From an uncultured Clostridia bacterium (lineage in GTDB: Bacteria > Bacillota > Clostridia > Oscillospirales > Acutalibacteraceae): a stretch of DNA of 34,845 nt. Below are positions 17,767 to 24,796 of this stretch, piece after piece. Position numbers and translations under genes: made by a program. Location of the stretch: NCBI GenBank assembly GCA_947628595.1, contig CANRAN010000001.1:1-34845 (forward strand), read 5' to 3'. How positions within the stretch are numbered: the first letter of the stretch is position 1; each line of letters starts with the position of its first letter. A model generated the notes under the pieces. It was given only the letters and a program-made list of their open reading frames with translations, was not told the origin of the DNA and did no database searches.

Positions 17767-18435
17767 TTAAGCAGCCGATGACTCTGTTGTCGTTGCTGTT
17801 GTGGCATTAGCCTGATTCTTTGTGATATCAAAGAAGTAAAGCTGAATTTCAAGCGTTGTTACATAAACCTTATCAGCACTGTTAGCATTCTGATTTGAAC
17901 CCTGTGCTGCCTGTTGATCATCATTAAACCGCTCACTGACAGATATCCTGCTTACAAAATAAGAACCATCGGACTCAGATTCAAAATACTTCAATGTTTC
18001 TATCAATTTCTTCTCCGTGGTTGTAAACGAAAAACTGATAGACGTCACATATAGCGGATCTCCCGTAGCCGATACTCTACCCTCACTATCGGGTGCTCTT
18101 TCATTAATCGAAAGGCTTGAAAGATCATAATCAAGATCCTTAAGCATATCTCTTATATCGTCTGCCGTTTTATCTGCATTAATAGTCAAAGCAGCACTCT
18201 TGGCTTCACATTCAGCCTTCATCTTATTTATACTTTCCTGCACCTCTGAGGCACGTGAAAGATAATCCTTATACATACTTATCTGCGAATCCGCAGAAGC
18301 ATGATCGGAATTATACTTGTCGATTTTCTGCGAAAACGGTATCTGCACAACAACAAGAAAAACGATACATATCAACACTATTAACAGGATTCCCCATACA
18401 AACTTAGGGATTTTCAAAGATTGTTTTTTGTCCAT
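17767..18435 (-). CDS. PilO-like bitopic pilus-assembly protein
   Basis: 222 aa with an N-terminal TM (FVWGILLIVLICIVFLVVV), a coiled-coil segment and a small C-terminal alpha/beta-like domain. GGAGG RBS. Lies between pilMN and pilD. The call rests on architecture and context only. Confidence 0.55.
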   Translation of the reverse strand: MDKKQSLKIPKFVWGILLIVLICIVFLVVVQIPFSQKIDKYNSDHASADSQISMYKDYLSRASEVQESINKMKAECEAKSAALTINADKTADDIRDMLKDLDYDLSSLSINERAPDSEGRVSATGDPLYVTSISFSFTTTEKKLIETLKYFESESDGSYFVSRISVSERFNDDQQAAQGSNQNANSADKVYVTTLEIQLYFFDITKNQANATTATTTESSAA

Positions 18436-18460
18436 TTTAGTTTACCTCCGTCAGGTTATA

Positions 18461-20284
18461 TCAGGCTGCGCTGCCATCTGAGCTTGCCTCTGAGGCTGCA
18501 CCGCTGCTTTGGGAGCTTTCCGATGCTTGAGAACTATCAGTTGTTGCTCCGGCATTACCGTCCGTTTCATTTTCCTTTGCCTCGCTTGCAGCCTCTTCAG
18601 CCTTTTGTAATGTTTCGTCTGTAACAACAACATTCAGATCAACCCTTACCCTTTGAACAGGATTAGTTCCGCCTCCGGTATTATCAGAAACTGCATTGAC
18701 GTTTATTGCATCCTCAAGCTTAAAGTACCCTGTATCTATAAGCTCATTTTTGAATTTGATAAAATCATCATATGTATCAAGGTCAATAGACGTACTCACC
18801 CTATGTGTTGAACAGTCAATGGTAAAATCGGTGCAAGACACAACCTTATCTCTTACCTGAGAAAGAAACTCCGTAGTTACCTCTGCGGACTTAAGACTCG
18901 TATCCGGAAGCATTTCAAGGTTACTTTCAATATTGGCAAGTTCCTCAGTCCATTGCTTCTCATCGTTTATAAGTTGCTTAGCCGGGGCATATTTGCTGTT
19001 ATTTAATTCAGCATTATCGTTTCTCTCCCGCAACTCAAGTGCTCCCCACCAACCAAGTACGGCAACTATCCATATAGCTGCCGCTACACCTATACCGGCT
19101 GTAATCATCTTTCCGAGTTTTTCGGTACTGTCATTAGCTATTGCTGTTAGGATGTTGGTTTCACCCATAAGAAGGTTAGCCTCGGGCTGCGGCATAGTCA
19201 GAACACCGTTAAGTGTTATGAACGATGAAGTGTCATAACCCCTTTCTGATGCAGAAGGATCAACCGCAGGCGGAAGTGTTCCTCCGGCAAACAGTCTTGT
19301 AACATTTTCTATGGGTGCGGTAAGTCCTATTTGCCGACAATAGTTAGCTATATTAGGGAGCTTTGCCAGTGCATCAACAAGTACAATCTCGTCAATGTCA
19401 AGGTGCTTCTGAGACATAACCAATCTCATGTTTCTCAGAACTTCCTGTGCTGCCGTATCAAGCATCATCATCGCCTGTTTACGTGTATTTGCAGACTTAC
19501 ACTTGTTACATACACCAAGACCCTCCTGACGGATAAGCTCAATAGCTCCCAGCTTACTCAAACCGAACTCAAGAGAGAACTGTTCCGCAATATCCTCAAG
19601 AACACTGGCATATGATTGCTGGAAAACTGGTGCACCGTTATGAAGAAGCACTATACGTGTTGAAACAAAATCCATGCTTATTACCGCAACAGCTCTTGTT
19701 GCCGAGTTGATATCCTCCTTTGCGGTATATAGCATACCTGCTATCGGAGGTACTATTTTTACTACATTTATACCTTCATTTGCAAAGGCGAATTTCAGGT
19801 TGGTAAGCAAATCCGTTTTTATTGCAAACAGAGATGCGGAGATTTCATCGTTCTTATTTGCCTTACCATACTGCTGACCGTATTCAAAATTAAGAATAGT
19901 ATACTTTTCAACTTCCTGATGAAGAACCTGTTCTGCCTCAACTCTTGCAAATGTCGGAAGGAGCTTTTCCTTTGCCGCCGGATGCTTGTATTCCTTACTT
20001 ATAAGAACATCCTCGTCCTCTATACATATAAAGACATCGCCAAGTACTATACTTGCACTTTCCGCACAACGCTTAACGAAAGCTGCCAGCTCATCACCCT
20101 TTTCATAGGGATGATCCTTAAGAGAATCATTCAACTCAAAGATCTGAGGAACCGAAAAAGTTGAAGCCAATGAAGGCCTTTTGTTTTTTACTGCAAAACC
20201 GCTGCCCTCGGGTTTATCATATTTCGCCGGGGTAAGAATGAGCAGACCTCTGGTTAATTGCAGTATTGTAGCTGTTGTTTCCAT
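18461..20284 (-). CDS. Fused PilM-PilN pilus assembly protein (607 aa)
   Basis: The N-terminal ~365 aa is a soluble PilM-like (actin-fold) region. A single TM follows (ITAGIGVAAAIWIVAVLGWWGAL, residues ~393-416), then a PilN-like external domain and an S/A/E-rich tail. The RBS is weak, so the start is somewhat uncertain. Confidence 0.7.
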   Translation of the reverse strand: METTATILQLTRGLLILTPAKYDKPEGSGFAVKNKRPSLASTFSVPQIFELNDSLKDHPYEKGDELAAFVKRCAESASIVLGDVFICIEDEDVLISKEYKHPAAKEKLLPTFARVEAEQVLHQEVEKYTILNFEYGQQYGKANKNDEISASLFAIKTDLLTNLKFAFANEGINVVKIVPPIAGMLYTAKEDINSATRAVAVISMDFVSTRIVLLHNGAPVFQQSYASVLEDIAEQFSLEFGLSKLGAIELIRQEGLGVCNKCKSANTRKQAMMMLDTAAQEVLRNMRLVMSQKHLDIDEIVLVDALAKLPNIANYCRQIGLTAPIENVTRLFAGGTLPPAVDPSASERGYDTSSFITLNGVLTMPQPEANLLMGETNILTAIANDSTEKLGKMITAGIGVAAAIWIVAVLGWWGALELRERNDNAELNNSKYAPAKQLINDEKQWTEELANIESNLEMLPDTSLKSAEVTTEFLSQVRDKVVSCTDFTIDCSTHRVSTSIDLDTYDDFIKFKNELIDTGYFKLEDAINVNAVSDNTGGGTNPVQRVRVDLNVVVTDETLQKAEEAASEAKENETDGNAGATTDSSQASESSQSSGAASEASSDGSAA

Positions 20285-20742
20285 AAATACACCACACTCT
20301 TAAAAAATTTTTCTCTGACTATCGGATAATTCCAATTGGAGAGTGCAAACTATAAAACCCATCGGTCGGATTCTGACCTTTGGGTTATTTGTACAATGAT
20401 CCATACGTTAGAATATCCTTTTTATTAGTTTATCACAAAAAAGACAAAAAGCCAATGATTTTTTTATAAAAAAATGTATTTTATGCATATCGTTGAAATT
20501 ACTATGCATATTTTTAGCATTATGCACTAAAACTTTATAATTTAATTTATTCATTGTAAATAATGCAAAATTTTTATATAACAGTAATTTGGATTTTTTT
20601 ATTTTTATCTCGGTTTTTTTGTAACTCTTTAATGAAAGATGAAAAATACGAAAAAGAAATTTATATACCATTTATTGCAGAAAAAACCATAAACCGAACC
20701 CGTTATATTCATATTGCACTCAGTGTCGGAAATAAGGAATCA

Positions 20743-20778
20743 GGGAAAGGTATGCGTATTATCGAGCACACCTTTCCC
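20743..20778 (-). terminator. Hairpin after the LysM gene (candidate terminator)
   Basis: GGGAAAGGT (20743..20751) pairs with ACCTTTCCC (20770..20778). On the minus strand a T-rich but interrupted tract follows. It starts 7 nt after the LysM stop. Confidence 0.4.
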
Positions 20779-20784
20779 CTCCCA

Positions 20785-21405
20785 TTATCTGAGTATTAGT
20801 ATCTGTCCGGGATATATCAGATCAGGGTTTGTCAGCTTATTAAGATTAATCAGATCAACTACTGTCGTTCCGAATCGTTTGGCTATCTTCCAGAGAGAAT
20901 CACCGCTGCGTACTGTATATTTATCAAGAGCAGACATATAATCCCTGCCTGGTATTCTGAGTATTTGACCAGGCTCAATCGAATTGATATCAGTTATACC
21001 GTTATAATCCGCAAGAGCCTCCGGCGTCGTATTGTACATCTTCGCTATATCGAAAAGACTATCCCCTCTCTTAACGATATATATGTCATCTCCCCCATCG
21101 TAAGGAAGCTTTATTACACGTCCGACCTCAAGCTTATCGGGATTTTTTATACCATTAAGCTCCGCAAGCCTTTCTACGGTAGTACCCCACATTTTTGCTA
21201 TATTATAAAGAGTATCTCCATTTTGTACGGTATATTCCGCTTTTTCTACGGGAGCAGGTGCAATTCGCAGTATCTGTCCTACTTTTATATCATTGACATC
21301 GGCAATACCGTTATATCTTGCTATGGTATTAACGTCCGTACCGAATTTTTTTGCGATTTTTTCGAGCGTATCGCCCGGTTCAACGACATATATAGTATTT
21401 TCCAT
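20785..21405 (-). CDS. Protein made of four LysM repeats, with no signal peptide
   Basis: Four copies of the Y.V..GDTL..IA..(F/Y)G(T)...L...N.I.....I..GQ.L.I pattern. AGGAGGG RBS. No N-terminal hydrophobic signal. Confidence 0.9.
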   Translation of the reverse strand: MENTIYVVEPGDTLEKIAKKFGTDVNTIARYNGIADVNDIKVGQILRIAPAPVEKAEYTVQNGDTLYNIAKMWGTTVERLAELNGIKNPDKLEVGRVIKLPYDGGDDIYIVKRGDSLFDIAKMYNTTPEALADYNGITDINSIEPGQILRIPGRDYMSALDKYTVRSGDSLWKIAKRFGTTVVDLINLNKLTNPDLIYPGQILILR

Positions 21406-21456
21406 AACTTATAATCCCTCCTATGATATAATATGCAGAAAAATTTTAAACGGGAT

Positions 21457-21485
21457 TTGTCATAAGTCTAAAGTTATGATAAAAT
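21457..21485 (+). promoter_or_regulatory. Candidate sigma-A promoter for the pseudouridine synthase gene
   Basis: TTGTCA (21457..21462), 17 nt spacer, TAAAAT (21480..21485), with TG at 21477..21478 (extended -10). Confidence 0.45.
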
Positions 21486-21526
21486 AGGTATGGATTTTAT
21501 AATTTATATTAACCGGAGGATATGAT

Positions 21527-22246
21527 ATGTCACTTCAGAGAATAGATAAAATACTTTCGACGCAAAATATAGCAACGAGAAGCGAAACCAAAACCCTTGC
21601 CAAAAAGGGGCTTATAAAGGTAAACGGCATAACAGTCCGAAAATCCGATGAAAAATTTGATCCCGAAAAAGCAGTGATAACAATAAACGGTATTGAGCTT
21701 GAATATAAAAGGCACTTATATATAATGATGAACAAGCCGTCGGGTGTACTTTCGGCAAGCCGTGATAAAAAGGATAAGACAGTTATAGATCTGCTGCCGG
21801 TGAATATGCGGCGTGAAGGGTTGTTTCCCGCCGGACGCCTTGACAAAGACACAGAAGGCTTTATTCTTATAACCGACGACGGCGAACTTGCACATAGGAT
21901 TCTTTCACCTAAAAGTCATGTGTACAAACTGTACGAAGTTATTTGCGATAAAGAACTTACCGAAAATGATGCGTGCCTTTTCTCCAAAGGTATTACAATG
22001 GGAGAAATAAGTTTTTTACCTGCCGAAATGAAGCTTACAGGTAAAAATTCCGCTCTCGTGGAAATATGCGAGGGAAAATTTCATCAAATCAAAAAAATGT
22101 TTCAAAGCATAGGTGCTGAGGTTACCTATCTGAAAAGACTACGCATAGGAGAACTTTTTCTTGATAAATCGCTGTCCCTTGGAGAATATAGAGAACTTGA
22201 AAATGAAGAAATTAATATGATTCTAAGTCGAAAGCATGGAATTTAA
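21527..22246 (+). CDS. rsuA: RsuA-family rRNA pseudouridine synthase (S4 domain plus catalytic domain)
   Basis: N-terminal S4-like RIDKILS...SR...AKKGLIKVNG, catalytic motif GRLDKDTEGFILITDDGELAHRI, 239 aa. The exact rRNA target cannot be assigned from sequence. Confidence 0.85.
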   Translation: MSLQRIDKILSTQNIATRSETKTLAKKGLIKVNGITVRKSDEKFDPEKAVITINGIELEYKRHLYIMMNKPSGVLSASRDKKDKTVIDLLPVNMRREGLFPAGRLDKDTEGFILITDDGELAHRILSPKSHVYKLYEVICDKELTENDACLFSKGITMGEISFLPAEMKLTGKNSALVEICEGKFHQIKKMFQSIGAEVTYLKRLRIGELFLDKSLSLGEYRELENEEINMILSRKHGI

Positions 22247-22463
22247 TTGATTTTTATATACATTATGCACAAAAAAGTAATATTTTTTTTGGGTTATGTA
22301 AATTATATCTAAAGACAAGGCTAATAATTTAGTTAAAAAAAGTATTTTATTTTCTTGAAAAAAATGTTATAGTAATAGTGTTAAATTTTGTATTAAAATT
22401 TCGCCAACGATAGCGGATGTGTATGTAGACAGAGTTATCTGCGGTGAACTCAGGAGGCAAATT

Positions 22464-23576
22464 ATGGCAAGTGTATCTTTAAGAAACGTTTACAAAATCT
22501 ATGACGGAAATGTTGAGGCTGTTAAGAATTTTAACCTTGAGATTGAAGATAAGGAATTTATTATCTTCGTTGGTCCCTCAGGCTGCGGTAAATCTACAAC
22601 TCTTCGTATGATTGCAGGCTTGGAGGATATTTCAAAGGGCGAGCTTTATATAGGTGATGTTCTTGCAAACGATATTTCCCCTAAGGACAGAGATATAGCG
22701 ATGGTGTTCCAGAACTATGCTCTTTATCCTCATATGACAGTTTATGATAACATGGCATTCGGTCTTAAGCTGAGAAAGACTCCGCCGGATGAGATCAGAC
22801 GTCGTGTTGAAGAGGCAGCGAGATCCCTTGATATAGCTCATCTTCTTGAGCGTAAGCCAAAGGCTCTCTCCGGTGGTCAGAGACAGCGTGTTGCACTTGG
22901 TCGTGCCATCGTTCGTGACCCGAAGGTATTCCTTCTCGACGAGCCGCTTTCAAACCTTGATGCAAAACTCAGAACTGCCATGAGAACCGAGATTTCAAAG
23001 CTTCACAAGAGACTCGGAACAACATTTATCTATGTAACACATGACCAGACCGAGGCTATGACGATGGCCGACCGTATAGTTGTTATGAAAGACGGTGTCA
23101 TCCAGCAGGTTGATACACCTCAGAACCTCTATGACAGACCTTGTAACCAGTTTGTTGCAGGATTTATGGGTACACCTCAGATGAACTTTATCGACTCGAC
23201 TATCGTCCGTTCGGGTGATGAGTACGGTATCCGTTTTGGTCAATATACGATTCCGCTCCCCGAGTCGAAGAATAAGAAGAATGTGCTTTCCCACTTTGTT
23301 GGCAAGGAAGTTGTTCTCGGAATACGTCCTGAAGATATACATGATGAGCCTGAATTCCTTGAAAAGGCTGAGGATGCTATCATCGAGGCGAATGTTGAAA
23401 TTACCGAGCTTATGGGTAATGAAATATATCTCTACCTCACAATCGAGGGTACTTCCTGTGTTGCACGTGTTGATCCATCATCCGTTGCAGAGGCAGGCGA
23501 AAGTGTTGAGGTCGCATTTGACGTTGAGAAGATACATATCTTCGACAAGCAGTATGAGAGAACCATAACAAACTGA
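22464..23576 (+). CDS. Sugar-type ABC transporter ATP-binding protein (MsmX/MsmK/UgpC/MalK-like), with no adjacent permease genes
   Basis: Walker A GPSGCGKST, signature LSGGQRQRVALGRA, Walker B FLLDEPLSNLD, and a C-terminal MalK-like regulatory/TOBE region. Start moved to the ATG at 22464 (AGGAGG 6 nt upstream) from the track start at 22419. Confidence 0.93.
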   Translation: MASVSLRNVYKIYDGNVEAVKNFNLEIEDKEFIIFVGPSGCGKSTTLRMIAGLEDISKGELYIGDVLANDISPKDRDIAMVFQNYALYPHMTVYDNMAFGLKLRKTPPDEIRRRVEEAARSLDIAHLLERKPKALSGGQRQRVALGRAIVRDPKVFLLDEPLSNLDAKLRTAMRTEISKLHKRLGTTFIYVTHDQTEAMTMADRIVVMKDGVIQQVDTPQNLYDRPCNQFVAGFMGTPQMNFIDSTIVRSGDEYGIRFGQYTIPLPESKNKKNVLSHFVGKEVVLGIRPEDIHDEPEFLEKAEDAIIEANVEITELMGNEIYLYLTIEGTSCVARVDPSSVAEAGESVEVAFDVEKIHIFDKQYERTITN

Positions 23577-23590
23577 TGTAATATAAACAG

Positions 23591-23625
23591 AACCGGGCAG
23601 TCGTTGGGATTGTCCGGTTATTTTT
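23591..23625 (+). terminator. Intrinsic terminator of the ABC ATPase gene
   Basis: AACCGGGCA (23591..23599) pairs with TGTCCGGTT (23611..23619), followed by ATTTTT. Confidence 0.7.
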
Positions 23626-23645
23626 GTATTAGTTGACAATAATAA

Positions 23646-23684
23646 ACCCGACTGCAACATAAATTGATAATGTTTAAGTCGGGT
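23646..23684 (-). terminator. Candidate terminator of the priA...thiN-spoVM transcription unit
   Basis: ACCCGACT pairs with AGTCGGGT (23646..23653 and 23677..23684). On the minus strand TTTATTATT follows. The loop is long (23 nt). Confidence 0.45.
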
Positions 23685-23723
23685 CATATTCTGACTTTTA
23701 AAAATAAGTAATAGTGGAGTAAC

Positions 23724-23742
23724 CCCCGCCCACTAAGGGCGG
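23724..23742 (-). terminator. GC hairpin 2 nt after the spoVM-like stop codon
   Basis: CCCGCCC, 5 nt loop, GGGCGGG: a perfect 7 bp all-G/C-rich stem with no adjacent U-tract, so its role (stabiliser or pause versus terminator) is uncertain. Confidence 0.35.
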
Positions 23743-23744
23743 GA

Positions 23745-23861
23745 TTCACACCGGCGGCACGCCGACACTTATGCCGGCTGCTTGGGGAGTTTTTTTATTC
23801 CGAATACCTTTCTCAGAAAAAAGCCCCAGAATTTCGGATTGTCTACTACAACTATCTTCAT
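23745..23861 (-). CDS. spoVM: SpoVM-like small sporulation protein (38 codons, missed by the ORF track)
   Basis: GGGAGG (23875..23870), 8 nt, ATG (23861). Translation is MKIVVVDNPKFWGFFLRKVFGIKKTPQAAGISVGVPPV*. Residues 1-24 align without gaps to B. subtilis SpoVM MKFYTIKLPKFLGGIVRAMLGSFRKD, sharing M1, K2, P9, K10, F11, G13, R17 and G21. The position downstream of thiN matches B. subtilis. Confidence 0.7.
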
Positions 23862-24136
23862 AAAAACTACCTCCCGAAATGAATACAATTTTCGCAGATA
23901 AGTATACGAAAAACTAACAATGTCTGCATTTGCCGCGCAGCGAAAATGATATTATAACCAATAAAATCGCAGTAATTGCGGCAATGCAACAGTCCGGCAG
24001 AACAAATCCCGCAAGCAGCCCCAAGCTGAAGCCCAGCATTTTTCCGTTTGAAAAGCACCTTCTCATATCAATCAACCTGACCTTAAGCTTTGTTGTTTGC
24101 CTTACAATATCATAATATACCCTTTTAGCAAAAAGG

Positions 24137-24790
24137 TTACATTGACTCAATAATTATTATTGCACACCCACTATATATATAAACCTCTGCATAATCATCC
24201 GCTATCCTGTTACTAACACCAATAGGAAAATCAGGAGTTAGCTCTATTTTTTCTGCATTATACTCAAATCCTCTTAAGCTTACCTCGCACGACTCACAGC
24301 CAAACGGAAATATTCCGAACCCATGACCAACACTATTATGTATTGTAAAATCCGGAGATTCTGCTACAAAGTCCGAAGCATTAATAATGTGTATCTCATT
24401 TCTACCGTCTGCTATAAATGCGGATATTTTTCTGTCTGCAAGGTATTTGAGTGTACAAAAATTTGCATAGGTATGGTCAAGCCTGCCACCCGTTGCACCA
24501 CACAGTATAAACTCATCACAGCCACGCCCTATGCCCTCTTTCACGGCATAGAGCATATCCGTATCATCCTTGCGCACAGGTAGAGCTATTATCTCAATAT
24601 CGGAATTTTCCGGTCTTTTTGAGGAATCAAAATCCCCCACTATAAGATCGGGAATTATTCCCAATCTTTCTGCAAATATATAGCCGCCGTCCGCACAGAT
24701 GATATAATCATCCTTGTGCATCAGGCGGCTTATGGTATTTATATCTGTATCAGGTGATGAACCTATCAGAATACATCTTTTCTTTGGCAT
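24137..24790 (-). CDS. thiN: Thiamine pyrophosphokinase
   Basis: 217 aa with GDFDS, KDDTD and ATGGRLDH motifs. Conserved position after rsgA in the prkC operon. Confidence 0.9.
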   Translation of the reverse strand: MPKKRCILIGSSPDTDINTISRLMHKDDYIICADGGYIFAERLGIIPDLIVGDFDSSKRPENSDIEIIALPVRKDDTDMLYAVKEGIGRGCDEFILCGATGGRLDHTYANFCTLKYLADRKISAFIADGRNEIHIINASDFVAESPDFTIHNSVGHGFGIFPFGCESCEVSLRGFEYNAEKIELTPDFPIGVSNRIADDYAEVYIYSGCAIIIIESM

Positions 24791-24796
24791 ATTAAT

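Noticed and set aside
11132-20284. Type IV pilus cluster as a recently acquired mobile island
   Set aside because: There is no integrase, transposase, tRNA target or flanking direct repeat, and the genes look compositionally similar to their neighbours by eye. I cannot support a mobile-element call.
20408-20799. 87 aa (-) and 78 aa (+) ORFs in the AT-rich spacer upstream of pilMN
   Set aside because: Their Lys/Phe/Ile/Asn-rich translations are what AT-rich non-coding DNA produces. They have no RBS, and the plus ORF overlaps the end of the LysM gene.
23713-23795. GC-rich, hairpin-dense island that first looked like a small RNA or riboswitch ending in a T7 run on the plus strand
   Set aside because: No plus-strand gene lies downstream. 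The closing helix before the T-run is only ~4 bp. The minus strand explains the segment as the 3' part of the spoVM-like ORF plus its downstream hairpin. I matched it to no riboswitch class I know.
23867-24058. 63 aa minus-strand ORF between thiN and the spoVM-like ORF
   Set aside because: It has a Cys-rich, irregular composition, no RBS, and overlaps the alternative small membrane ORF in another frame. There is no support for it.
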